A stretch of DNA of 64,000 nt from the sequence record NC_070966.1; one strand, given 5' to 3'. The notes under the pieces are model-generated. The model made no database searches and was not told where the DNA came from. It saw only the letters and a program-made list of their open reading frames with translations. Both the position numbers and the translations under genes were made by a program. Shown piece by piece: positions 8,477 through 17,215 of this stretch; the first letter of the stretch is position 1; every line of letters starts with the position of its first letter.

Positions 8477-9436
8477 ATGATTATTTTAGGAGCAGGTCTG
8501 GCTGGTACATTAGCTGGACTAATTAATCCTCAGGCTTTGATCTTAGAAGGATCAAAGTCCGTTGACGATATGAGAATGCATAAAGCTGTTCTTAGATTCA
8601 GAGACGATAAGATCGGTAAATTGACTGGCGTACCTTTTACTAAGATCAAGGTCCGTAAGTCAATTCATATCGACAATAAAGACTATTTGGAATGCACTCC
8701 TCGACTAGCGAATATGTATTCGAAGAAAGTCACTGAAGGATATTCAGATCGTTCGATCTGGAATCTAGAGACTAGCGATCGATTCATTGCTCCTACGAAT
8801 TTCCATGAGATTCTTATGAGCTACTGTGGTGATCGTATCAAGTTCAATCATAGTGTCACTGCAATCAAGTCAGATATGATTTATGCAAAAGACGATGTAA
8901 CGATTGAACGAGATGATGCTCCTATCGTTAGCACACTACCAATGCCTCTTCTAGGTCGTGTCATTGGTAAGCCATTCGACATCAAGTTCGAATCTAAGCA
9001 GATCAAGGTCTCTCGCTACAAGGTGAAAGGTGCCAAGATCAATCAAACGATCTATTTCCCAGGAACTGAGACACTTGCATATCGTGCATCGATGGTTCAA
9101 GATATTCTGATTATCGAGAAGATTGAAGACGATAGTGGAGCAATTAACGATCGAGTTGATGATGCGTATATTATCAATGCGTTCGGTCTAGATACTCTTG
9201 ATGTTGAATTCATTGAAGATGCATCTCAGCTTGGTAAGATCACAGCAATTGATGAGAAGGTTCGTAAGAATTTCATCTTCAATGTGACACGTGATCTGAA
9301 TGTATACTCATTAGGTAAATTTGCATTGTGGAAAAATCACACGTTATTGGATGACGTTTATGATGACATATTCAAGATTAAAACTTATATGTCAGGTACT
9401 GATTACGATAGAATGAAATCAAGTTTTGGTAATTGA
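8477..9436 (+). CDS. FAD/NAD(P)-binding oxidoreductase-like protein
   Basis: N-terminal Rossmann motif IILGAGLAG and C-terminal VYSLGKFALW. Confidence 0.75.
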   Translation: MIILGAGLAGTLAGLINPQALILEGSKSVDDMRMHKAVLRFRDDKIGKLTGVPFTKIKVRKSIHIDNKDYLECTPRLANMYSKKVTEGYSDRSIWNLETSDRFIAPTNFHEILMSYCGDRIKFNHSVTAIKSDMIYAKDDVTIERDDAPIVSTLPMPLLGRVIGKPFDIKFESKQIKVSRYKVKGAKINQTIYFPGTETLAYRASMVQDILIIEKIEDDSGAINDRVDDAYIINAFGLDTLDVEFIEDASQLGKITAIDEKVRKNFIFNVTRDLNVYSLGKFALWKNHTLLDDVYDDIFKIKTYMSGTDYDRMKSSFGN

Positions 9437-10086
9437 TGTTTTATGTTATCTATAAAATAACTAATAATATTAATGGTAAAATTTATATCGGAGCTCATAG
9501 AACTCATAGTTTAACTGATACGTATATGGGATCCGGAAAATATATAAAAAGAGCTATTGATAAGTATGGTCGGAAAAACTTCTCGAAAGAAGTACTATTC
9601 AGTTTTGATAATTCAGAAGATATGTATAATAAGGAACGAGAAATCGTTAATGAAGAGTATCTTCAATCACATGGTCACTATAATTTAAGAGTAGGTGGTC
9701 TAGGTGGATTTGATCATATCAATGACAAAATTAGTAAAGATCCTGAATTTAAACAGTCTATTATAAAGAAGATTGCGAATTCTAATCGAGGGAAGCCTCG
9801 TACTGAAGAATTTAAATTAAAAGTATCTCTTCAGCATAAAGGTAAAACTGTTTCAGAAGAGTCTCGTAAGAAAATGAGTGATGCTCATAAAGCGAGAAGA
9901 TCTAATCCTAATTATGTCGACAAAAGAGTATGGTCTGAAGAGTCTAAACGTAGTTCAGGTAAACATCGTCGAGGATCTTTATGGATTACTAATCCAGATC
10001 TTAAGATAAATAAATTCATTAAGACAGATCTTGAAACTTATCTATCAAATGGATGGGTCAGAGGTCGAGGTAGTTACAATGCATAG
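9436..10086 (+). CDS. GIY-YIG homing endonuclease (Seg-like, NUMOD3-type tail)
   Basis: VIYKITNNINGKIYIGAH, YMGSG, basic repeats (SEESRKKMS). Locally more AT-rich. Confidence 0.9.
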   Translation: MFYVIYKITNNINGKIYIGAHRTHSLTDTYMGSGKYIKRAIDKYGRKNFSKEVLFSFDNSEDMYNKEREIVNEEYLQSHGHYNLRVGGLGGFDHINDKISKDPEFKQSIIKKIANSNRGKPRTEEFKLKVSLQHKGKTVSEESRKKMSDAHKARRSNPNYVDKRVWSEESKRSSGKHRRGSLWITNPDLKINKFIKTDLETYLSNGWVRGRGSYNA

Positions 10087-10360
10087 AAACGTTGAAGAGA
10101 TCGTTAGATCATCCTTCGACGGATCGAAATGTCCAGTATTTCTGGAGAGACATATGAGAGTCTCTCCAGATGGTCAAAGACTTGCTCGAATTATTATGAA
10201 CAAGTTTGATATTTTCGATACGAACGAAGTCTCTTATAATCTCGTAGAATATTACAATCCAGAAGGTGGTGAGGAATCATTTCTCATTCACATTAAAGAT
10301 GACAAGGATGTCTATTTCGATATCCAGGTACCTTCTAAGGCTATTTCTAGTTATATCTGA
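10079..10360 (+). CDS. Hypothetical protein
   Basis: ATG 10079 after GAGGT. Confidence 0.7.
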   Translation: MHRNVEEIVRSSFDGSKCPVFLERHMRVSPDGQRLARIIMNKFDIFDTNEVSYNLVEYYNPEGGEESFLIHIKDDKDVYFDIQVPSKAISSYI

Positions 10361-10368
10361 AAGTCATT

Positions 10369-10941
10369 ATGAACCATATTATGTTAGACTTTGAGACACT
10401 CGACACTAAACCTAGTGCAGTCGTGATGTCCGTAGGTATCGTTGCATTTGATCCCCTAGCTAACGATACCATTGAAACCCTCCGTAATGATCCTCACAGA
10501 AAATTGTATCTAAATCTGCAATTCGATGATCAGATCAAAAATGGTCGTACTATATCAGAAGATACGATCAGATGGTGGTTCGAGGATAAACTTGCAGAAG
10601 CTCGATCCAAACTCAAAAGTACTGATCTTGTAAGTACTCCATTAGCTCTGACTCTAATCGATAACTTTATTCTGAAACATGATATCAGATACAGTTGGGG
10701 TAATGGATCTGACTTTGATAATGCGATCTATGACGATCTTCATCGTACGTTTAATCGTCTTAATCGCATTAAGTATAAGAACAAGAGATGTGCTCGTACG
10801 ATTTTCGGTATGACTAAGAAAAAGTATAATCCTAAGGATTATAATATTCTCGAACATGATGCAATTGAAGACTGTTACTTTCAAATCCTTCGTCTTCAAG
10901 ACATGTTCAGAAATCATCTCACAGGAATCGATTTCTCATGA
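10369..10941 (+). CDS. 3'-5' exonuclease (DEDDh, DexA/Rv2179c-like)
   Basis: MLDFETL, WGNGSDFD, HDAIED. Confidence 0.85.
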   Translation: MNHIMLDFETLDTKPSAVVMSVGIVAFDPLANDTIETLRNDPHRKLYLNLQFDDQIKNGRTISEDTIRWWFEDKLAEARSKLKSTDLVSTPLALTLIDNFILKHDIRYSWGNGSDFDNAIYDDLHRTFNRLNRIKYKNKRCARTIFGMTKKKYNPKDYNILEHDAIEDCYFQILRLQDMFRNHLTGIDFS

Positions 10942-11306
10942 TACTATTCATGCATGAAGATGGATCCTACTACAGTAGTGAAGAGATCTTCCAAGACATT
11001 CATACTAATATTGATACTTCAGATGAGGGATCTTTTCTGCTCAAGTATCTTGAGAGAGGATTTGAACCTCCTGCAGATGCTACCTCTGAGACAAAGTATG
11101 AGTATCATCTTGCCAAAATTGGATTTGGTCGATGGATCCGTAACTCATACGGTCTATGGCAAGAAGATAATCCTCATGTCATACTGAATCCTTCTCCAAA
11201 TGACGAAGGTATCATTGATCATCCACTATTTCCAGACAATCTTAGTGGAACTATAATCAATAGATTGATCCAGCACTATCAGTCTAAGCTTCCTCAGGCT
11301 TCATGA
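10938..11306 (+). CDS. Conserved hypothetical protein (DUF6794-like)
   Basis: GRWIRNSYGLW...HP..PDNLS pattern. Confidence 0.55.
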   Translation: MILFMHEDGSYYSSEEIFQDIHTNIDTSDEGSFLLKYLERGFEPPADATSETKYEYHLAKIGFGRWIRNSYGLWQEDNPHVILNPSPNDEGIIDHPLFPDNLSGTIINRLIQHYQSKLPQAS

Positions 11307-11314
11307 GCCTTCCT
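11306..11314 (+). promoter_or_regulatory. Motif class A, 3' element only (AGCCTTCCT)
   Basis: Intergenic. The upstream pentamer is not conserved. Confidence 0.4.
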
Positions 11315-11330
11315 TGTTATCGAGCATCAA

Positions 11331-11843
11331 ATGATTTGTGAATTCTGTAATATCCGAAATAGGGTATTCTACAATAAGTCTAAAGGATATGCTAAGACTT
11401 GTGGTGATAAGTCTTGTATGTTTAAGATGAGATCTCGGATGCAGTCAACTAGAGATAGATCTCATGAAAATTATTCTGATAGAATAACTAAGCTTCATAG
11501 CACTGAAGCTATTCTTAAATCAGTAAAATCTAGAGGTCACGAGACTTGGACACTACTCGAAGATAATCTTAAAATTTATTTACCGTACTTCGTAGGTATG
11601 CATAATAGAGTTAGAGACGGTAAGTCTCCTTCTATAGAGTGGACTCGAACAATTGAAGGTCTTAAACTCTTTGTTGAACATATAGGCGAGATTCCAGCTC
11701 ATCTGAGTAAACCTTCTGTAGGTCGAATACGTCATGAAGAAGGATATATTGTAGGTAATGTTCAATGGGATGAGTATTCTTGGAATAGTGTAAAGAGACG
11801 AGGTACTCGTTATGTTAATGAAACCAGCACTCATAGGTTATAA
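11331..11843 (+). CDS. Putative HNH-type homing endonuclease
   Basis: SVGRIRHEEGYIVGNVQW resembles the S.DRID...GY..GNV.W motif. N-terminal CxxC pair. Confidence 0.55.
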   Translation: MICEFCNIRNRVFYNKSKGYAKTCGDKSCMFKMRSRMQSTRDRSHENYSDRITKLHSTEAILKSVKSRGHETWTLLEDNLKIYLPYFVGMHNRVRDGKSPSIEWTRTIEGLKLFVEHIGEIPAHLSKPSVGRIRHEEGYIVGNVQWDEYSWNSVKRRGTRYVNETSTHRL

Positions 11844-11845
11844 TT

Positions 11846-12646
11846 ATGGTAAGTAGAGCTGTTCCTAATGTCCGACTTCTGCAGTCGACTCAGAAAGCTA
11901 AAGAACTACTAGTATTTAGTAAGAATACTAGACTGACAATGACAGCCAATATGTATGACGATATCGTCAATCGTAAGGATCAGTGGACAGAGGAGAAGAT
12001 CGACTCTGAACTTGATTATATGGCTAATACAATTCCTAGTAGTTGGGAGTTCTGTGATCTGTATTTTATTATCACAGGTGTCTCTCGAGCATTCACGCAT
12101 CAGTTTGTTAGAAATCGTACTAACTCTTATGCACAACAGACAATGAGAGTTCTGGATATGTGCGAGTTTGATTATGTCTTTACTCGACCATATACTGATC
12201 TTCCGACGGATCGAGATCCGACTAAGGAAGAACTCATTAATATGTCTTATGACTTCCATACTAATAAAGCATTGGAAGAAGTCCAGAAGAGATATAATGC
12301 TATGATTGAGGATGGCGTACCTGCAGAAGATGCACGAGGCATTCTCCCTACGAACATCGCTACCAACATTCTTGCGAAGATCAATCTTCGTACGTTTGCT
12401 GATATGGCTAAGTCTCGTACAGGTGGACGTACTCAAGGTGAGTACCAGATGATCATGAATCAGATGGTTGATGAAGTTCTGAAGGTACATCCATGGGCTG
12501 AGAAATTCTTCTTTAAGCAGGGTCGAGATTACTTCAAGGATCTTGAAGATCTATGTGCTGAAATCTTTGGGTCTGGTACAACCAAAGAGAATCTGCATAC
12601 TAAGGGTCGATTCTTGAAAATTATCGACAAGATGCGTAAAGGTTAA
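11846..12646 (+). CDS. thyX: Flavin-dependent thymidylate synthase family protein, variant motif
   Basis: SRAFTHQFVRNRTNSYAQQTMRV, ARGILP, NLRTF. Confidence 0.85.
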   Translation: MVSRAVPNVRLLQSTQKAKELLVFSKNTRLTMTANMYDDIVNRKDQWTEEKIDSELDYMANTIPSSWEFCDLYFIITGVSRAFTHQFVRNRTNSYAQQTMRVLDMCEFDYVFTRPYTDLPTDRDPTKEELINMSYDFHTNKALEEVQKRYNAMIEDGVPAEDARGILPTNIATNILAKINLRTFADMAKSRTGGRTQGEYQMIMNQMVDEVLKVHPWAEKFFFKQGRDYFKDLEDLCAEIFGSGTTKENLHTKGRFLKIIDKMRKG

Positions 12647-12648
12647 TA

Positions 12649-12834
12649 ATGACAGAGAGATTTTATCGTACTAAACCTTCATCTGCTTTGACACGTCATG
12701 GTCGTGTAGTCTACAAACTTGTGAAAGTTTCTGTGACTGATGACTTTGATTATGCTAAATTTGAAGCAGATACTCCTGATTTTGCATCATGGGTCGATGA
12801 GTCTAAGTCGACTCCTATATTTGGAACTAACTGA
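12649..12834 (+). CDS. Hypothetical protein
   Basis: ORF chain. Confidence 0.65.
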   Translation: MTERFYRTKPSSALTRHGRVVYKLVKVSVTDDFDYAKFEADTPDFASWVDESKSTPIFGTN

Positions 12835-13067
12835 TGAAAGCGACTGAATTCTGTTATTGGCTTCAAGGTTACTTTGAGATTAATGATCAGTCATCTACTT
12901 CAACTCCTCCAACTCTAAATTCATCTCAAGTCGAGGTGATTAAACGTCATCTTCAACTCGTATTCGTTCATGATATTGATCCTAGTTATCCTGCAGAACA
13001 GCAGAGTAAGTTAAATTCAATTCATAATGATACGCATAAGACGACAGGTCCTCTTATGAGGTGCTAA
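12834..13067 (+). CDS. Conserved small phage protein
   Basis: MKATEFCYWLQGYFE N-terminus of a type common in phages. Confidence 0.7.
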   Translation: MKATEFCYWLQGYFEINDQSSTSTPPTLNSSQVEVIKRHLQLVFVHDIDPSYPAEQQSKLNSIHNDTHKTTGPLMRC

Positions 13068-13379
13068 ATGCATTATAGTTATAATCTCGGTGAGAGATTT
13101 GATCGTGCTCGTAAGATACGTAAATTTGAAGACGAGGTTAATGCTATTGCAGGACCTCGACAGTATCAAACGAAGAAGCTGACTCCTTGTGAGCAGTATA
13201 TCTGTAGAGTATGTAATGGTACCAATCAAGTCGAAGAGACAGGTGACTTACATCGATCTGCAGGAATTATTCCTTGTCCTCATATGCATTGTGTAGGAGG
13301 CATTGTCGTAGCTGAAACTATTGAAATCAAACGTAGAGTTAGAGTAAAAGCTATCTCTCGGAGATCTGAAGATGAATAA
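13068..13379 (+). CDS. Zinc-finger hypothetical protein
   Basis: CRVCNG and CPHMHCVGG. Confidence 0.65.
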   Translation: MHYSYNLGERFDRARKIRKFEDEVNAIAGPRQYQTKKLTPCEQYICRVCNGTNQVEETGDLHRSAGIIPCPHMHCVGGIVVAETIEIKRRVRVKAISRRSEDE

Positions 13380-13596
13380 AGCTAATCAAGTCCTCAAAAG
13401 ATTGAGTGAAGACTATGATGTTCTGGAACCTTGTACTAAGGACCAGTTCTATACTGCAGTTAATACTGCTCATGGAGAAGGGTCGTATACGTCCGTCGAA
13501 GATGAGTACGGTAACATTGACTGTAAAAGAGATGACCTCGTGATTGCATCTTATGCAAAGGGTCAAGAGAAGTACCTTGGGTACATCTATAAGTGA
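13372..13596 (+). CDS. Hypothetical protein
   Basis: ORF chain. Confidence 0.7.
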   Translation: MNKANQVLKRLSEDYDVLEPCTKDQFYTAVNTAHGEGSYTSVEDEYGNIDCKRDDLVIASYAKGQEKYLGYIYK

Positions 13597-13600
13597 CATC

Positions 13601-13828
13601 ATGACAAATGTTGATCAGAGTAAGATTGTAGTTATTGACTACACTAATTGGGAAGGTAAGAGATCAGTTCGAGAGATTATCCCGACTGGTGAACTCAAGT
13701 TCAAGAGTACTCTTTATCATCCAGAAATGCAATGGATTCTAGAAGCAATCGATGTGCGTAAAGGTGAAATTCGTCACTTTGCACTGACAGACATCCATTC
13801 TATTAACGCTTATAAGGAATCGAAATAA
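13601..13828 (+). CDS. Stand-alone WYL-domain protein
   Basis: IDYTNWEGKRSVREIIP...QWILEAIDVRKGEIRHFALTDI. Confidence 0.75.
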   Translation: MTNVDQSKIVVIDYTNWEGKRSVREIIPTGELKFKSTLYHPEMQWILEAIDVRKGEIRHFALTDIHSINAYKESK

Positions 13829-14097
13829 TGAGCAGAGCTCAACAAGTCATTAAGACTCTTACTGAGAATGAAAATCCACTGTACAAGAATATCGTTATGC
13901 ATGTTCGTGACGGTGACTTCGATAAGTTTCAGTCAGCACTAGGTCTTCCTCTTGACCCTTCAAGTGAAGGTTATGCTAAGGGTAAGGAACTCTATGACCT
14001 ACTCTCTAATGGCGCAGCTGATGATACGACTTATTCTACGACAGCAGAAGTCGTTGACAAGTTCATGACTGACAATACTGGACTGTTCAATAAGTGA
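13828..14097 (+). CDS. Hypothetical protein
   Basis: TAATG-coupled ORF. Confidence 0.75.
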   Translation: MSRAQQVIKTLTENENPLYKNIVMHVRDGDFDKFQSALGLPLDPSSEGYAKGKELYDLLSNGAADDTTYSTTAEVVDKFMTDNTGLFNK

Positions 14098-14372
14098 TCT
14101 ACGTCTTTGTCAAGACTCCAATGCATGCATGGCTTCAGGTACCTACTGAGTCTGTCGTAGGTGCAGTAGGTTCACTCTCTAAGATTGGACCTACATGGAG
14201 CTATCTTGAGAAGGAGAATGATGCTGATATGTTTATTAAAGCATATCAGCTCACCATCGATAATCTTCATTACTATATTTTTGATCATGAACTCATGTTC
14301 TGGAATGAAGATGATTTTGAACTATTCCAACAGATGCATACTACATTAAATACTAAAGAGAACATTGCGTGA
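14094..14372 (+). CDS. Hypothetical protein
   Basis: GTGA-coupled ORF. Confidence 0.65.
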   Translation: MIYVFVKTPMHAWLQVPTESVVGAVGSLSKIGPTWSYLEKENDADMFIKAYQLTIDNLHYYIFDHELMFWNEDDFELFQQMHTTLNTKENIA

Positions 14373-14551
14373 AGTTATCAGATAATGAGATCGCAGAGTT
14401 GAACGCTCTGATTCGTAAATTTGTCCTCCCTATTAATAAGAAGGAGGTCACTAGGCATAACTCAAATTACGAGTGGCTTAGAAAGAATATCAGGATTAAG
14501 AATTCTGATAGATTGACTCCACGTATTATCGAACTATTGAAATTGAATTAA
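14369..14551 (+). CDS. Hypothetical protein
   Basis: GTGA-coupled ORF. Confidence 0.65.
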   Translation: MKLSDNEIAELNALIRKFVLPINKKEVTRHNSNYEWLRKNIRIKNSDRLTPRIIELLKLN

Positions 14552-14560
14552 TTTGATTCA

Positions 14561-14605
14561 GCCGTACAGGAGTAAGGATAGCCTTCTCTCTTGTACGGCA
14601 ATTCT
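14561..14605 (+). terminator. Hairpin enclosing a class A 3' element (AGCCTTCTC at 14580)
   Basis: GCCGTACA...TGTACGGC stem with a weak T tract. Confidence 0.45.
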
Positions 14606-14616
14606 TAGGCATGTAA

Positions 14617-15339
14617 ATGACAACGAATACTAGTGAGAAATCTCTGAAGAATGACATTGCTGTTAGTTCTCCAGATAAGAAGAGACTGACATTCGCTATC
14701 GACTTCGATGGCGTTATTTATCCATACAAGAATGGATATAACAATGGGCTCATGTCTGAAGATCCCATTCCAGGTGCTCGAGATGCACTGATTCACCTTC
14801 GCAATGAAGGTCATAAGATCATAATCAACACCTGTCGAGGTGCTGTAGAAGATCTTAAATCTTACTTCAATCTCCATGACATTCCATTCGATGAAATCAA
14901 TGAGAACTCAGATAACTATGAGGACTCAAATAAGGGTAAACCTTTTGCTGATTATTACATCGATGATCGAGCTATTCGATTCGAAGGCGATTGGTCCCTC
15001 ACATTAGATGAGGTACGTCGCAAGAGATTCCCATGGTTCATTAAGTCTGAGAATAAGATTGCAGCAGATCTTATGAATGACTCAGCAGAACTGTATCGAC
15101 AGCGTAATCTTGTTTATGGCGACTCATACCGTCGTCACGGTGAGATTATGGCTAAACTATTTCCTAATGGCGTAACCTTGAAGACAGCCGAAGATTTTAA
15201 TCGATTCGGTATCGTTAACATGAAGATTTCTAAGGTTACAAGATATTGTCAGAATTTTGAGAAGGGTGGTCATCTTGACTCAGTGATCGATGATGGTGTT
15301 TATACCTTCATGCTTGCTGAGCTTGATATGTCCAAGTAG
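14617..15339 (+). CDS. HAD-family phosphatase fused to a putative all-alpha dNTP pyrophosphohydrolase (DUF6378/DUF1599-like)
   Basis: N-terminal IDFDGVI...KPFADYYIDDRA. C-terminal RNLVYGDSY...K..R...DS..D..VY. Confidence 0.65.
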   Translation: MTTNTSEKSLKNDIAVSSPDKKRLTFAIDFDGVIYPYKNGYNNGLMSEDPIPGARDALIHLRNEGHKIIINTCRGAVEDLKSYFNLHDIPFDEINENSDNYEDSNKGKPFADYYIDDRAIRFEGDWSLTLDEVRRKRFPWFIKSENKIAADLMNDSAELYRQRNLVYGDSYRRHGEIMAKLFPNGVTLKTAEDFNRFGIVNMKISKVTRYCQNFEKGGHLDSVIDDGVYTFMLAELDMSK

Positions 15340-15349
15340 TGGAAGTTAT

Positions 15350-15712
15350 ATGCATACTGAAACTGAATTCACTCCTGAGGTACCTGAAGGATCTATTCAA
15401 GCTCTCACGATCTACATTCACGATAATGGTGTCTACGTCAAGCTTTCTGATGAGATGAAAGAGAAGTCGAAGGACGATCTAAGGAATGCAATTCATACAT
15501 CTACGGATGTACTCATGCAATTATGTGGAGATAATCCTTTAATCTCAATCTTCTCTATCGACAATAATGTCGCAGTGAGTCCTCTCCATAACTTTCGTCA
15601 ATTGAACTCTAAGAGTAAGCTCTCTTATATTCAAGATCTTATTAACATCCTGCAAAGGATGAGATTTAACATTGAGAATCAGGTTTCAGCATTACCTGAG
15701 ACAGTCAACTAG
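15350..15712 (+). CDS. Hypothetical protein
   Basis: ATG 15350 after GGAAG. Confidence 0.7.
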   Translation: MHTETEFTPEVPEGSIQALTIYIHDNGVYVKLSDEMKEKSKDDLRNAIHTSTDVLMQLCGDNPLISIFSIDNNVAVSPLHNFRQLNSKSKLSYIQDLINILQRMRFNIENQVSALPETVN

Positions 15713-15720
15713 GCACAATA

Positions 15721-16218
15721 ATGACTAAATCAATTAAAGTTAAAGTAATTAATGAATCTACTACCAATGCTCTTCCAGCTTATGAGACTGAAGGTTCCGC
15801 AGGTATGGACCTCAGAGCTCATATCAATGGCGACAGTCCATTCTCGAAGATTGTTAAGATCGAGAACAAAGAAGAGCATGTAATTGATATCGCTCCAGGT
15901 GAGCTACGTCTCATCTCTACAGGACTCAAAGTTGAAATCCCTGTAGGTTATGAACTTCAAATTCGTCCACGTAGTGGACTAGCTTATAAGAATATGGTAA
16001 CAGTACTGAATAGTCCTGGTACCATTGACTCTGATTATCGAGGAGTAGTCGGAGTACTTTTATTCAATCATCATCCTAGTACAGTTTTCAGAGTCAGGAA
16101 TGGTGAGCGTATCGCTCAGGCAGTTTTTGCTGAGTATGTACGTGCTGAATATGATAATGTAACTGATCTGAGTGCCACTGATCGAGGAGAAGGTGGATTC
16201 GGAAGTACTGGTAAATAA
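15721..16218 (+). CDS. dut: dUTPase (trimeric)
   Basis: [34 protein letters not shown]. Confidence 0.97.
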   Translation: MTKSIKVKVINESTTNALPAYETEGSAGMDLRAHINGDSPFSKIVKIENKEEHVIDIAPGELRLISTGLKVEIPVGYELQIRPRSGLAYKNMVTVLNSPGTIDSDYRGVVGVLLFNHHPSTVFRVRNGERIAQAVFAEYVRAEYDNVTDLSATDRGEGGFGSTGK

Positions 16219-16231
16219 TTTAGGAAATATT

Positions 16232-17215
16232 ATGCGTAATATCTTTGAACCAAGAACTGCTCCTAAGCCATACGAGTATCCTGACGTTATGGGCTTCAAG
16301 GATGCAATCCGTCATAGTTACTGGTTGCATACTGAGTGGAACTTTGAAGCTGATAAACAAGACTTCCATGTCAAGTTAAATGACGTAGAACGTTCACTCG
16401 CTAAGAATGGTCTACTCACTATCTCTCAGATCGAAATAGCTGTTAAGAAGTTCTGGGGACGACTTGGTGATAGATTTCCTAAGCCTGAGATTGAAGCAGT
16501 AGGTGCTACATTCGCTGAATCTGAAGTCAGACACTTTGACGCCTATTCGCATCTTCTAGAAATTCTAGGTCTGAATAGTGATTTCGATCAACTACTTCAG
16601 AATCCTGTAATCCAAGGTCGAGTTGATTATCTCGAGAAATACATCAAAGGTGGATCCAAGAATTCGGATCAGAACTTTACGATGACCTTGGCACTATTCT
16701 CGATCTTTATCGAGAATGTAAGTCTCTTCTCGCAGTTCCTGATTATCAAGTCGATTCACAAGCACCGTCAGGTACTTAAGGATATTGACAATGTTATCCA
16801 GGCTACTCAGCAAGAGGAGGTGATCCATGCTCTGTTTGGCATGCAGATCATCCAGTATGTTAAAGACGAGAATCCTGATTGGTTTAATGAGGATTTCTAT
16901 GTCAAACTTTATGAAGCATCCAGAAAAGCTTATGACTCTGAGTGCAAGATTATTGATTGGATCTTCGAGAACGGTGAGACTACCTATCTGAAGAAGGATA
17001 CTGTCAAGGAATTCATCAAGGATAGATTCAATGAGAGTCTGACCATGATTGGAGGAAAGGAAATATTCCCAGTCGATAAGTCTGTACTATCGAGTATCCA
17101 GTGGTTCAAGGATGAGATCGTAGCTGAAATTCAGGTTGACCAATTTAATAAGAAGTCAATTAATTACGCTAAGAAAATGCAATCTATTACAGCAGAAGAT
17201 CTTTTCAATGACTAA
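16232..17215 (+). CDS. nrdB: Ribonucleotide reductase class Ia beta subunit
   Basis: W...EWNF..D, ESEVRHFDAY, FIENVSLFSQF, EEVIH. Confidence 0.95.
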   Translation: MRNIFEPRTAPKPYEYPDVMGFKDAIRHSYWLHTEWNFEADKQDFHVKLNDVERSLAKNGLLTISQIEIAVKKFWGRLGDRFPKPEIEAVGATFAESEVRHFDAYSHLLEILGLNSDFDQLLQNPVIQGRVDYLEKYIKGGSKNSDQNFTMTLALFSIFIENVSLFSQFLIIKSIHKHRQVLKDIDNVIQATQQEEVIHALFGMQIIQYVKDENPDWFNEDFYVKLYEASRKAYDSECKIIDWIFENGETTYLKKDTVKEFIKDRFNESLTMIGGKEIFPVDKSVLSSIQWFKDEIVAEIQVDQFNKKSINYAKKMQSITAEDLFND

